Positions 1 through 12,701 of a stretch of DNA of 64,000 nt are shown here, one piece after another. How positions within the stretch are numbered: position 1 is the first letter of the stretch; each line of letters begins with the position of its first letter. The translations under genes were made by a program, and so were the position numbers. Below the pieces are notes generated by a model. That model had not been told where the DNA came from, searched no databases, and saw nothing but the letters and a program-made list of their open reading frames with translations. The stretch comes from Pristiophorus japonicus (lineage: Eukaryota), in NCBI RefSeq assembly GCF_044704955.1, contig NC_091985.1, forward strand, positions 115,382,001-115,446,000. The letters run 5' to 3'.

Positions 1-1560
1 TTCCAGATCCCCACCACCCTCTGGGTGAAAACAATTTCCCTCAAATTCCCTCTAAACCTCCTACCAGTTACTTTAAATCAATATCCCCTGGTTGTTGACC
101 CCTCTGTGAAGGGAACTAGGTCCTTCCTATCCACTCTATCTAAGCCCCTCATAAATTTTTACACCTTAATTAAGTCTCCCCGCAGTCTACTCTGTTCCAA
201 GGAAAACTACCCAGCCTATCCAATCTTTCATCATGACTAAAATTCTCCAGTCCAGGCAACATCCTTGTACATCTCCTCTATACCCTCTCTGGTGCAATCA
301 CTTCTTTCTTGTAATGTGGTGACCAGAACTGCATGCAGTACACTAGCTGTGGCCTGACTAATGTTTTATACTGTTCAAGCATAACCACCCTGCTCTTGTA
401 TTCTATGCCCCTGCTGATAAAGGCAAGTATTCCGTATGCCTTCTGAATCATATTTTCTACCTGTCCTGCTACCTTCAAGGATCTGTGGACATGCACTCCA
501 AGGTCCCTCTGTTCCTCTACACTTCTTAGTGCCCTACCATTTATTGTGTATTCCCTCGCTTTGTTAGCATCCTCCCCTCACCCCCCCGCCCACATGCATT
601 ATCTCATACTTCTGTGGATTGAATTCCATTTGCCACTGTTCTGTCCACCTGACCAGTTCATTGATATCTTCCTGCACTCTGCAGCTTTTTTCTTCATTAT
701 CAACCACATGGCCAATTTTTGTATCATCTGCAAACTTCTTAATCATACCCCCTACATTCAAATCTAAATCATTGATATATACCACAAAAAGCAAGAGCCC
801 TGCGGAGCTGCACTGCAAACAGCTTATACTTCCTGCCTCTGAGTCCATTGTTATCCAACTTGGCACTTTGCCTTGGATCCCCTAGGCTTTTACTTTTGTG
901 ACCAGTCTGCCATGTGGGATCATATAAAAAGCCTTGCAAAAATCCATTTTTACTACATCAAATGCACTACCGTCATCGACCCTACTTATTACCTGCTGAA
1001 AAAATTCAATCGTTAGTCTGACATGACCTTCCCCAAACAAATCCATGCTGACTTGTCTTTGATTAATCCGTGTTTTTTTAAATGAAGGTTTATCCTGTCC
1101 CTTAGAATTTTTTCTAAATATTTTCCCACCACCAAGGTTAAGCTTACTGGCCTGTAATTACTTGGTCTATCCCTTTCTCCCTTTGTAAACAATGGTATCA
1201 CGTTAGTAGTCCTGCAGTCCTCCGGCACAACACCTGCAGCCAGAGAGGATTGGAAAATAATGGTTAGAGCCTGTGCTATTTCCTCTCTTGCTTGTCTTAA
1301 TAGCCAGGGAAACATTTCATCCAGGCCTAGGGATTTATCCACTTTCAAATGGGCTACACCTCTTAATACTTCCTCTCTCACAATGTTTAGTTCATCTAAT
1401 ATTTCACACTCTTCCTCCCTGATTACAATGTCTGCATCGCTCCTCTCTTTTGTGAAAACATATGCAAAGTATTCACTAAAAAACATACCCACATCTTCTG
1501 CCTCCACACACAGATTACCTTAATGGTCTTTAATAGGTCCTACTCTTTCTTTAGCACACC
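1..1560 (-). mobile_element. CR1-clade LINE (shark HER1-like), decayed ORF2/RT fragment running off the window start
   Basis: Minus ORFs 1013-1507 (NYRPVSLT), 564-866 (YINDLD..KFADDTKIG) and 278-496 (LVRPQL.YC.QFWSP) are successive CR1 ORF2 motifs broken by frameshifts. Confidence 0.9.
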
Positions 1561-2064
1561 GGCTTTTAAATTACTCTATTGTGCACACGCTGAAATATGT
1601 AAGGCAGACAGAATGTGAAGAACCTGCTATATATGTGCAGTTTTCTCTCCCCAAATGAGCAGTGAACGTTCCTGGTTTACTTCCAGTCTCGCCCTGCTTG
1701 CTGTTATTGGACAGTGAGCAGTGGAAACAGATCCAGATAGTAAGGATGTGAGGAGTTATACAAAGACCATTTATTGCAGGTGCCAGGTGATAAGTGTGAA
1801 TGACACATTTTAAACAGAGGCTATTAATTTCAGTTGAACGGTTAGTCTCATGGGAGTGGAAAATAGAAATCAGATCAGTGCAAATATCCCTACTCCATGG
1901 GATAGTCCCATTCATTGAGCAGTGCAGAGGCTGGATTGTGTCTGAATGTTCCTAAATTGCTGTAAGTCTGTCCAACACACCTGATATGCAGAGGCTCAAT
2001 GCTGCAGTGGAATCAGATTCTGACACTGTATCGCTGGCTTTCCTTTGTGGTTCTTGATAGTGAG

Positions 2065-2117
2065 GGGGGGAGAGGGAAATAGAGAGAGAGAGGACAGAGA
2101 GAGGGAAGACAGAGAGA

Positions 2118-2149
<32 letters not shown>

Positions 2150-2286
2150 CAGGGAAAGAGAGACGTGCAGATAGAGAGTGAGAAAGAAGGTCAGAGGGAG
2201 ATAGAGGACAAAGAGAGGACAATGGAGCGAACAGAGAGGGAAAGTGTGGAAAAATGAGAGAGGGACAGTAAGAGAAAGAGGGACAT

Positions 2287-2317
<31 letters not shown>

Positions 2318-2403
2318 CAAGGGTCTGAGAGACTCTCACACACAAGGAGACAGAGGGAGAGAATGATAGAGAGTGAGATAGAGGGAGATAGTGGGACAGA
2401 GAG
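2065..2403. repeat. (GA)n-rich low-complexity tract
   Basis: Degenerate gagaga/gacaga repeats. Confidence 0.9.
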
Positions 2404-2612
2404 ATGTCACTGTTGTAATGTAGGAAATGCAGCTGTCAAATTTTGCACAGCAAACTCCTGCAAACTAATCAAATAAATAACCAGATAAGCTGTTGTTTAT
2501 TAATGTTTGTTAAGCAATAAATATTGGTCCAGGACACCGGCAGAGAATTCTCCCTTGCTCTTCTTTGAAATAATGGCGATGGAATCTTTTGCGTTTACCT
2601 GAGAGGGCAGAT
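2404..2612 (-). mobile_element. DeuSINE (SacSINE1/AmnSINE1-like) fragment
   Basis: gtcactgttgtaatgtaggaaatgcagc...ccaggacaccgg..gaattctcccttgctcttctttgaaata is the reverse of the Deu-domain core as recalled. Confidence 0.7.
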
Positions 2613-2830
2613 TCTCATCTGAACTGGTTATGTACCAGAAAACATGTGTTTGGGTGAAGAGAACAGTAGCTGGGGTCTGTTAAAGGATGGAAATCAAGTG
2701 CCACAATTGTAAGAGGAGGAAGAAGTTCTCCTGGTATCTGAATCCAACATTCACCAATAATCAAATCTATCAACACTTCTGTTCTTTAGGGATACGTGGC
2801 CTTGCCTGAATGCAGCATTCCCTCAGTAAA

Positions 2831-3290
2831 GAGTCAGCTGTGGCTCAGTGGGTAGCAATCTTAGAGTCTGAAGGTCATGAGTTTGAGTCCCCACTCCAAA
2901 GACATTATTTTTATTCATTCAAGGGATGTGGGCATCGCTGGCAAGACCAGCATTTATTGCCCATCCCTAATTGCCCTTGAGTCGAGCCCCATAATTTAGG
3001 CCGACACTCCCCGATGCCAGTACTGAGGCAAATTTGCACCATTGAATGTGCTGTCTTTTGGATGAGACATTAAACCGAGGATCTCTCTGCCCCCTCAGGT
3101 GGACGTTATGCAAAATTACATAGAATTCACAGCACAGAAATAGGACATTCAGTCCAACTGTTCTGTTGATGATCCTCCCACTATATTATTTGATCTCCCC
3201 CATCAGCATATCCTTCTACTCCTTTCTCTCTCATGTACTTATCAAGCTTCCTCTTAATTGCATGTACGCTATTCACCTCAATCACTCCTT
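2831..3290 (+). mobile_element. tRNA-derived DeuSINE (A/B-box head plus Deu core) with nested LINE 3' fragments
   Basis: Head tggctcagtgggtagca...gagtttgagtccccactcc; core gctgtcttttggatgagacattaaaccgagg; paralogous composite at 44848-45670. Confidence 0.7.
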
Positions 3291-4812
3291 GACCAGGGAC
3301 TGGTTTGCTTCACGCTCTTTCCGCCTGCGCTTGTTTTTTGCATGCTCTCGGCGATGAGACTCAAGGTGCTCAGCACCCCCCCGGATGCACTTCCTCCATT
3401 TAGGGCTGCCTGTGGCCAGGGACTCCCAGGTGTCGGTGGGGATGTTACACTTTATCAGGGAGGCTTTGAGGGTGTCCTTGTAACGTTTCCTCTGCCTACC
3501 TTTGGCTTATTTGCCATGAAGGAGTTCTGAGTAGAGTGCTTGCTTTGGGAGTCTTGTGTCAGGCATGCGAACATTGTGCATTGCCCAGTGGAGCTGATCA
3601 AATGTGGTCAGTGCTTCAATGCTAGGAATGTTGGCCTGGCAGAGGACGCTGATGTTGGTGCATCTGTCCTCCCAGGGGATTTGTAGGATCTTGTGGAGAC
3701 ATCATTGGTGGTATCTCTCCAGTGACTTGAGATGTCTGCTGTACATGGTCCATGTCTCTGAGCCATACAAGAGGGCGGGTACTACTACAGACCTGTAGAC
3801 CATGAGCTTGATGGCAGTTTTGAGGGTCTGGTCTTCAAACACTGTGTTCCTCAGGCAGCCGAAGGCTGCACTGACGCACTGGAGGCGGTGTTGAATCTCG
3901 TCGTCAATGCCTGCTCTTGTGGATAAGAGGCTCCTGAGGTATAAGAAATGGTCCACGCAGTCCAGGGCCGCACCGTGGATTTTGATGACTCGGGGGAAGT
4001 GCTATGCGGCGAGGACAGGCTGGTGGAGGACCTTTGTCTTACGAATGTTTAGCGCAAGGCCCATGCTTTCGTTCACCTCAGTAAATGACTATGTCCTCTG
4101 TATGCCTCTGTATGTGCACAGACGCAGGCATCGTCCGCGTACTGTAGGTTGACGAAAGAGGTTGGGGTGGTCTTGGACCTGGCCTGGAGACGGCGAGGGT
4201 TAAACAGGTTCCCATTGGTTCTGTAGTTTAGTTCCACTCCAGCAGGGAGCTTGTTGACTGTGAGGTGGAGCATGGCAACAAGGAAGATTGAGAAGAGGTT
4301 TGGGGCGATGATGTAGCCCTGTTTGACCCCGGTCCGGATGTGGCTTGGGTCTGTAATGGACCCGTTGGTAAGGATCATCACCTGCATGTCGTCGTGGAAC
4401 AGGTGGAGGATGGTTATGAACCTTTGGGGGCATCCGAAGTGGAGGAGGACGCTCCATAGACCCTCACCCTTGAGAGTGTCAAAGGCCTTTGTAAGGTCGA
4501 AGAAGGCCATATATAAAGGCTGGCGCTGTTCCCTGCATTTTTCCTGCAGCTGTCGCGCTGCAAAAATCATGTCTGTTGTGCTCCGTAGGGGACGGAACCC
4601 ACACTGTGACTCTGGGAGGAGCTCCTCGGCCACAGGGAGAAGACAGTTAAGGAGGATTCTAGCGACGACTTTCCCAGTGGCTGATAGCAGGGAGATTCCT
4701 CTGTAGTTGCCGCAGTCAGACTTGTCCCCTTTTTTAAAGATGGTCACCATCACTGCATCTCTGAGATCTCCTAGCATGCTCTCCTCCCTCCAGATGAGAG
4801 ATGAGATCATGT
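3290..4812 (-). mobile_element. RTE-clade LINE fragment (RT and C-terminal region), decayed
   Basis: ORF 4073-4810: GNYRGISLLS, QCGFRP.RST.DMIF, FFDLTKAFD, GVKQG, LQYADD; 3702-3956 LLYGSETW. Confidence 0.9.
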
Positions 4813-5109
4813 ATTCGCCAACAGTGCCTCTCCGCCATACTTCAGTTAGTATATCACTAACAAGACAGTTTCACAGAAGCATGAAAGGGGATATTTGGAC
4901 AGATGACGAAAAGTTGGTCCAAGAAATTGATTTTAAGAGAGAGGGACGGGGAGAGATTTAGCAAGAGAATTCCAGAGCTTGGGGTCTAGGCGGCTGAAGG
5001 CACGGTCGCTGATGATGGAACTGTGCAAGAAGCCAGAATTGGAGGAGGACGGAAATCTCTGAGGGCTGGAAGAATTCCCCCACTACACTTTTTGTACCTC
5101 CATTCATAT

Positions 5110-7081
5110 TGTTTTGTCTTGAATAAAGAGTCAGACTAGATACTGCAAGCTCAAAGTAAGGTGTGACCGTAGTCCTTTATTACAGATCTCAGAGTGCCTC
5201 TCCAGCCTGTGAGGCCTCCTTATATATAGGGGCTCCCAAGGGATTGTAGGATCGCTTGGGACTCCAGGGGATAAGCCCTCTGGTGGTATTTACAGGTTTA
5301 CATACATAACAACATTCCCACCACCCCCCCCCCCCCCCACCACCCCACCCCCGCCAAAATCAACAGTGTAACTATTTACAATGTGCGTTGATCTGGGGCC
5401 TTCCTTTCCCTGGTTGATCGTCTCGGTGCAAATGCTGGTTTTGGTGAGGCGTTTGTTGGGCCGTCGCTGGGCTGCTGAGCAGCTGGCGTTGCTGGGCTGC
5501 TGGGGGTGTTGAGTCCTGCTAGGCTGCTGTGGGTGATTGGTTCTGCTTCGTGGTCAACCACTGGGTCGGTTGCCACTTGTGTCTGTGTTGGAGGGTCGAA
5601 AAAGGTAGAATCTATTGTGGGTTGTTCTGGATAGTCCGTAAATCTGAGTTTGGTTTGGTCCAAGTGTTTCCTGCAGGTGAGTCCTTTTGAGAGTTTGACC
5701 TAAAAGACCCTACTCCCATCTTTGGCCAAAATAGTGCCAGGGAGCCACTTGTGACCTTGTCCACAGTTCATCACAAATACAGGATCATTTATCTCAATTT
5801 CGCGTGACACAGTTGCGTGATCATATGTATTCTGTTGAAGCCGCCTGAACGCTACCTGTTTGTGTAGATTAGGGTGGACTAACAAGAGCCTTGTCTTAAG
5901 TGCCCTTTTCATGAGCAGTTCAGCGGGAGGGACCCCAGTGAGCGAGTGGAGTCTTGTGCGGTAACTAAGCAGGACTCGGGATAAGCGAGTCTGCAGTGAG
6001 CCTTCAGTTATCCTTTTCAAGCTCTGCTTGATTGTTTGAACTGCTCGTTCTGCCTGACCGTTGGACACTGGTTTAAATGGGGCAGATGTGATCCCATTGC
6101 GGGTCATGAACTCCTTGAACTTGGCACTGGTGAAGCACGGTCCATTGTCACTCACAAGGATATCAGGCAGCCCGTGCGTGGCAAACATGGCCCGTAGGCT
6201 TTCAATGGTGGCAGGGGACGTGCTTGCCGACATTATCACACATTCAATCCATTTGGAGTACGCATCTACAACCACTAAGAGCATTTTTCCCAAGAATGGG
6301 CCCGCATAGTCGACATGGACCCTGCACCACGGTTTGGAGGGCCAGGACCATAAACTTAGTGGTGCCTCCCTGGCTGCATTGCTGAACTGTGAACATGTAT
6401 TACATTTGTGCATGCAGGACTCTAAGTCTGCATCGATACCAGGCCACCACATGTGGGATCTGGCTATCGCTTTCATCATTACGATGCCTGGGTGGGTGCT
6501 GTGGAGATCACTAATTTTTAGGCACCACTACCCGATTACCCCATGGGAGACAGACTGCCTGTATAGACATTGCAGCTCTGCGCCGCTGATACAGCTTTAT
6601 TTCTTCCTCCATCTCTAACGGGACACTAGACCAACTCCCGTGCAGCACACAGTTTTTTTACTAAGGACCGTAAGGGGTCCTGGCTCGTTCAGATTCTAAT
6701 ATGTCCGGCGATAACAGGTGATTGCTCACTCTCGAATGCTTCCATTACCATAATTAAATCTGCGGGCTGTGCCATCTCCACCCCTGAAGTGGGCAATGGC
6801 AGCCTACTGAGAGCATCGGTAGTTTTCTGTGCCTTGCACACGTGGGTTTGTATCCCATCCTCGTTGCCAGTTGTTATGTCTTGAATAAAGAATTAGACTA
6901 GATACTGCAAGCTCAAAGTAAGGTGTGACCGTAGTCCTTTATTACAGATCTCAGAGTGCCTCTCCAGCCTGAGGCCTCCTTATATACAGGTTCTCCCAAA
7001 GGATTGTGGGATCCCCTGGAATTCCAGGGGATAAGCCCTCTGATGGTTAGACATCGTATTTACAGGTTTACATACATAACA
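5110..7081 (-). mobile_element. Internally deleted Ty3/Gypsy LTR retrotransposon (integrase only)
   Basis: LTRs 5110-5311 and 6872-7081 (TG...CA); 5-bp TSD catat/cacat; purine tract on minus strand ~5313-5355; tRNA-Ser PBS 6852-6869; no gag/PR/RT. Confidence 0.92.
5700..6830 (-). pseudogene. Gypsy integrase remnant
   Basis: HPG..MKAIARSHMWWPGID..C..C zinc finger, VHVDYAGP, VSDNGPCF, SNGQAER (DDE core); upstream DALSRLPLP linker; frameshifted. Confidence 0.88.
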
Positions 7082-7431
7082 CACATGTCAGCCACTTGTT
7101 AAAATTTGGGCACCGGTCACTCTGCTCCTTCAGTCTATGGCTGTTGCCCATCGAGCCACAATCCAGCAACAGGCAAGCTACCCCTCATGAGAGGGAGGTG
7201 GCATGATAGCCCTATTTATAGGGTGGACAGAAGTCAGGGTTCAGGGGTTGGAACTATATCTCCCCACAATGCAACGCGGTTTAGGCGGCAATATGAATGC
7301 AATACTCCCAAAACAACCTTTCCTTGATTTGTTAACAAGTACATAGAAAATGAACAGGCAAACATCCACTTTTCTGACTGGGGGGGTGAAATTATCAAAA
7401 AAATGAGTTTAATCTTTTAATTAGAAGGCTC

Positions 7432-8125
7432 ATTTAATTCATTCATGGGATGTGAGAAACACTGGCAAGGCCAGCATCTATTGCCCATCCCTAATCGTCC
7501 TTGATTAGAGCCTGATAATCCAGGCCGACACTTTCCGATGCCAGTACTGAGGTAGATCTGCACTCTTGGAGGTGCTGTCTTTTGGATGAGATATTAAACC
7601 GAGGACTCCTCTTCCCTATCAGGTGGACATTTTGCAAAATTACAGAATTTACAGCACAGAAACCTGTCATTTGGCTCAAGAGGTCTATACCGGTGATTCT
7701 GCTCCATACGAGCGTCCTCCCACTATATTACTTGAGCTCCCCATTTTAGCATATCCTTCTATTCCTATCATGTACTGATCTAGCTTTCTCTTAAATGCAC
7801 CTATGCTATTCGCCTCAACTACTTCATGCGGTAGCAAGTCCCACATTCTCACCACACTCGGAGTAAAGAAGTTTCTCTTGAATCCTTTATTTGATTTATT
7901 AGTGACTATCATCGGGACATAGAAGATCCCATGGCACATTTGATAAAAGAGCAGGGAAGTTCAACCAGGTGTCCTGGTACAATATTTATCTCTCAGCTAA
8001 ATCACTAGAAGCAGATGGTCTGTTCATTATCACATTGCTGTTTGTGGGGCCTTATTGTGTGCAAATTGGCTGGCGCATTACCCTCTGGTACTTCATTGGT
8101 TGTAAAGCACTTCGGGATGTCCTGA
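7432..8125 (+). repeat. Third copy of the SINE/LINE composite seen at 2905-3290 and 44930-45630
   Basis: Same nested junctions: aggtggacat-tttgcaaaattacagaattt and gatttattagtgactatcat-cgggacatagaagatcccatgg. Confidence 0.8.
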
Positions 8126-8159
8126 GCACTGTTCCCCCTGAGCTGTCAGGCCGCACTGT

Positions 8160-8350
8160 TGCTTAACAGAAAACAGAGAGTCGGGACAAATGGGTCATTT
8201 TCCGGTTACTAGTGGGGTGCCACAGGGATCAGTGCTGGGGCCTCAACTATTTACAATCTAAATTAATGACTTGGATCAAGGGACCAAGTGTAATGTAGCC
8301 AAGTTTGCTGATGATACAGAGATGTGTGGGAAAGCAAATTGTGAGGACTG
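8160..8350 (+). mobile_element. Short CR1 RT fragment
   Basis: agtggggtgccacagggatcagtgctggggcc (GVPQGSVLGP); KFADDT. Confidence 0.8.
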
Positions 8351-8719
8351 CACACAGGTACCCTCTATGAAGCTGAGCTTCAGGGAGGGAGAGTTAAGAT
8401 TGGAGAGGGAAAGGGGGCAAATGGGAGGAAGGAGGTTAGAAGGGGGTGGGGAGAGGGGATCGGGGGAAAGGGGATGGGGAGGGACACGAGTGGGAGAGAG
8501 GGAATGGGGGGGAAGAGACTGGAGAAGATAAAGCGTGGGAGAGAGACACAGGAACAGAGAGTGAGACAGCATCAGAGGGAGAAAGAGAGAGAGAGACAGG
8601 GTCAAGGGGAGAGAGAGAGAGAGAGAAACAGGGACTGAGGGACAGAGAAAGATACAGAGACAGAGAGAGTGAGTGAGAGACAGACAAAGAGACAGGGGCA
8701 GGGAGATAGAGAAATATTG

Positions 8720-10510
8720 AGCACCATTTTTTGGTGCCCAACGATTTCTTTGGCGTAATGCGTCAGTTTACATTTTCATCAAAGTTTCGGCGCCAGTGCC
8801 GACCATCCTGGTCTACGTCGAAAAGTGATTCCGCACTATTTCTGGCCATTTAGGCCATTATCCACATCGCCGATTTAAAAAAAAAGGCACAGAGACCTTA
8901 GAGCCCGTTTTTAAAAAGTCTACCGTAAGTTAATGAAATCGGTGCTGGCCCGCTGCAAACCCTGGCCGCAGGTCCTCCACGCCAGACTGAACAACTCCAG
9001 GTAAAAATAAACCAGGCAAAAATAAACTTCCAGAAGAGCCTTTTCCATCGAAGAACAAGCTCCAGGCACATTACAAAATAAACATCCAGAGGAGCCATTT
9101 CCACGCACCCAACCCGACCTGTTGCAATCCCTGGCCGAAGATCCTCCACGCCAGACTGAACAACAAACTCCAGGCACGTTGGAAAGGATCACAGTATATA
9201 GAACCTGCCCGTTTCATTTAAACTTATTTTTTTTTAAACTACATATTTTATAATAAAGTTAACAGCATTCACTAGATTAATTTTTATATATTTTAATGCC
9301 TTTATTACAAATTTTATATGAAAGCTTAACATTAGTGCTTGTAGTTTCAAGTTAATGAAATAGTTTTCTGAACTTTACCCAGTTTGGTTACAACACAGGA
9401 GGCCATTTGGCCTGTTGAATCCGTGACATCAGCTAGAAAGATATTCTAGTGCTGGATTAAAAAAATAATGTACAGGATTCTGGTTAAATGTATAAAATAA
9501 ATGTTTATTAAATATTTGTATAGTACAGTTGTACTTAACTTTTAACTTTAATAACTTTAATAAATTTTGTATCAAACTTTTCAATGAAGAAACAAACAAA
9601 CAAGCCATCTCTGCTCCCCCTTAGCACTGTGCACCACTCCTGCCCCTGTTACTGCCTCTACCCCTACCCGTTGTTGCAGACTTTTGCTTCCTCGCCCCAC
9701 TGACTCCCAAGATTTTTTCTGTTTTCTTTCTGACAGCGCGTTTGTTGTTGGTTGGTTTCGACAGAGACAGAGCTAGTAGACGTCATTGTAGATGGCCCGG
9801 ATTCCTCTTTGGACTCTTCTTCAGCCTGTGGATCAACCCCTGACATTCCCTCTCTCATCTGTCCCGACAGTGTTGCTACCTCTAATGACAGTCCCGCAAT
9901 CTCTCCCCTCACCTCACCCATTCCTCCAGCCTGTGTTGCTACTTCATGGGCTAGAATTTGCAATGTTTCACCGCCCGCTTTCTTGACGGTATTGGCCGTT
10001 TTGGGCAAGAACCGGGTCGGCGGAAAATTCCCCAGCTGAGGCATGCTGGCGGTTTCGAAGTCCCACTGGGGAGAGAACCGCCGGCGTGCATCGTCCACAG
10101 ATCACCCTGGAGCGATCTTTGACTGAGCGGGGACCCGTAGGTAAGTATAAAACTTTTTTTTTAAACCGCCCACGAGGATCAGCGGTGCTGGGCGGTAGGT
10201 AAGTAGGTCTGCAAGTAAAAGGTAAGTGATTGGGTTTTTACTATTTATTTTCAAAATCTGTTGGGGTGATTTACTTTAAAAGTGTCTTGGGAATGTTTTG
10301 GGGATTTTTTAGTTAGGTTTTTTTGAAGAATTATTTAAATTCTTTTTTTGGTCTTAGGCCCTACCTGCAGCCTCGCTGTAAGTTTTTATAGATTTTTAAA
10401 TTTTTCACCCATTTTCTTTAGGCACCGCCCAATCCAGCCGAAATTGCACTTTTCTGCCCAGATTGGGGGTGCAAGGCCCATATTTTTCTCTGGGCGGATT
10501 TTAACATTTT
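8720..10510. mobile_element. PIF/Harbinger-like DNA transposon debris (possible Myb-gene 3' fragment, non-autonomous pieces)
   Basis: TIR-like gggctagaattt near 9948 similar to the TIRs at 16219/18285; gggcg-rich motifs; heptad-like peptide EVATQAGGMGEVRGEIAGLSLEVATLSGQMREGMS on minus strand; no paired TIRs found. Confidence 0.45.
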
Positions 10511-10994
10511 GTTTCGGGACATTTTCTACTCTCACCCCACCCAAGGTTTCCAGGAGCGATCTGGTGAGCTGGATGCTCTCCCACTCATCCTCACGAGCTG
10601 TCCTATGTTCCCTTTATTCTATGTTTCAGGTTCAGCTTTCCCTCCCACCCTCCTCTGCCGTCTCGCAGGTGTGGCTTGCTGCGACACACTGGGACCCGCA
10701 GCCTCAAACGGTACACCTTGAGTTATGAAATAGCCCCTTAAATGTCTGCCGCTGCTTATCAATCGTCTTACTATTTAATTTATTTTCCCAGTCCACATTC
10801 ACCAACTCTGCCTTCGTACCTAATAATGTTGGGAGAATGTTGGGTCCAGATACTGGAGAACTTCCTGCTGTTCTCCCAAATGTGGTGTGGGATTTTCATC
10901 CTTTAACAGACCTCGGTTACTGTTTCCTCCCAAACGCCTTTTTCTGGGGTTTCACTAGTTTGGATGAGTTGTTAAGCCGAGACCTCGTCTACTC

Positions 10995-11190
10995 TCAGAC
11001 GCAAAAGATCCCACGGCCATTATTTCAAAGAATAGCAAGGGACAGTTCTCCCCCGGTGTCCTGGGTCACTACTTATCCCTCAACCAACATTGCTAAAACA
11101 ACAAATTATCTTGTCATTCATTTCAATGCTATTTGTGAAAGTTTGCTGTACGCAATTTGGCTAACATGTTTCCTACATTACAACAGTGAC
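10995..11190 (+). mobile_element. DeuSINE 3' fragment
   Basis: aaaagatcccacggcc..gttctcccccggtgtcctgg..tttcctacattacaacagtgac. Confidence 0.7.
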
Positions 11191-11825
11191 CTCTCTGTGT
11201 CCTTCTCTTTCTGATCATCTCCCTCGTTCTGTATGTGTCCAACTCTATCTCTGTCTCCATCGCTCTCTTTCTCTCTTCTGTCTGTCCCTCTCTCTCACAG
11301 TCTCTCCAGCTTTTGCTTTCTCTGTCTATGTCTCTCTCAGACCAGCTCTATCTGCCTTACTCTGTCATCTCTCACATTGTCCCTCTCTGTCTGCCTCACC
11401 ACCATTTATTCTCTGTCTGTTTCTGTCCTCCTCTCTCTCTGTCAATCTGTCCTTCCCTCTCTCTGTCACTCTCTGTATCATTCTCTCTCTTGGTCTCACC
11501 CACTTCCTGTATCTCTCAGTCTGTCTTGCTCGCTGTCTCATTATCTCTCTCTCTGACCCGCTCTTTGTCCCTCTCTCTGTGCCATTCCCTTTGCTCTCTC
11601 TGACTCGTTCTGTCTCTTCCTCTCGCTCTGTGCCTCTATCTGTCTCAGTCTGTCTAGCTCTCTCCCTCTCTAATTTTCTGTTTCTCTCTGTTCTTCTCTC
11701 TCTTTCTCTGCCTTTCCCACTCTCTGTCCGTCTCTCTATCTTTGTGTTCTCTCTCCCTATCTGACCCTCTCTCTATATCTCCCTCTCTCTGTATGTTTTT
11801 CTCTCTCTTTCCGTCGATCACTCTC
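11190..11825. repeat. (CT)n-rich tract, resuming at 15753-16026 after the CR1 insertion
   Basis: Degenerate ctctct/ctgtct repeats on both sides of the CR1. Confidence 0.88.
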
Positions 11826-11888
11826 TTGTGCGGGAAGTGTATCTGGCTTTAGCTCCTGACTGACCGCACTACGGCACTGGAGCTGCGG

Positions 11889-12690
11889 GTGGATTCACTC
11901 TGGAGCATGCACGATGCTGAGAATGATGTGACTAGCACGTTTAGCGAGTTGGTCTCACCGCAGGTAAAGGGTACACAGCCAGATAGTAAATGGGTGACCA
12001 ACAGGAAAAACAGTGGAAGGAAGGTAGTGCAGCGATCCCCTGCGGTCATCCCCCAGCAAAACAGATACTCCGCTTTGGGTTACGTTGAGGGGGATGACTC
12101 ATCAGGGGAGGGCAGCAGCAGCCAAGTTCATGCCACCGTGGGTGGCTCTGCTGCACAGGAGGGCAGGAAAAAGAGTGGGAGAGCTGTAGTAATAGGGGAT
12201 TCAATTGTAAGGGGAATAGATAGGCAATTCTGTGGCCGCAACCAGGACTCCAGGAAAATATGTTGCCTCCCTGGTGCAAGGGTCAAGGATGTCTCGGATA
12301 GGGTGCAGGACATTTTGAAAAGGGAGGGTGAACAGCCAGTTATCGTGGTGCATATAGGTACCAACGATATAGGTAAAAAACAGGATGAGGTCCTATGTGA
12401 CGAATTTAGGGAGCTAGGAGCTAAATTAAAAAGTATGACCTCAAAAGTAGTAATCTCAGGATTGCTACCAGTACCGCATGCTAGTCAGAGTAGGAATCGC
12501 AGGATGGCTCAGATGAACACATGGCTTGAGGAGTGATGCAAAAGGGAGGGATTCAAATTCCTGGGACATTGGAAACAGTTCTGGGGGAGGTGGGACCAGT
12601 ACAAATCGAACGTTCTGCACCTGGGCAGGACCGGAACCAATGTCCTAGGGGGAGTGTTTGCTAGTGCTGTTGGGGAGGAGTTAAACTAAC
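11889..12690 (+). pseudogene. CR1 ORF1, SGNH/GDSL esterase-like
   Basis: VVIGDSIVRG, CLPGARVKD, VHIGTNDIG motifs; premature stop at 12534-12536. Confidence 0.85.
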
Positions 12691-12701
12691 ATGGCAGGGG
12701 T

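Larger units (their letters stand above)
1563..5100 (+). repeat. Segmental duplication copy A (paralog of 39910-46120)
   Basis: Colinear similarity in non-TE sequence, e.g. ctggattgtgtctgaatg..taaattgctgtaagtctg near 1930 and 41936; ttctgttctttagggatacgtggccttgcctgaatgcagcatt near 2777 and 44793. Confidence 0.9.

Noticed and set aside
2831-2900. tRNA-like A/B boxes (also 44848-44925)
   Set aside because: Degenerate cloverleaf continuing into a Deu core; SINE head, not a tRNA gene
6828-6869. Possible tRNA-Ser gene
   Set aside because: Only the 3' half, includes the post-transcriptional CCA and abuts an LTR; primer-derived
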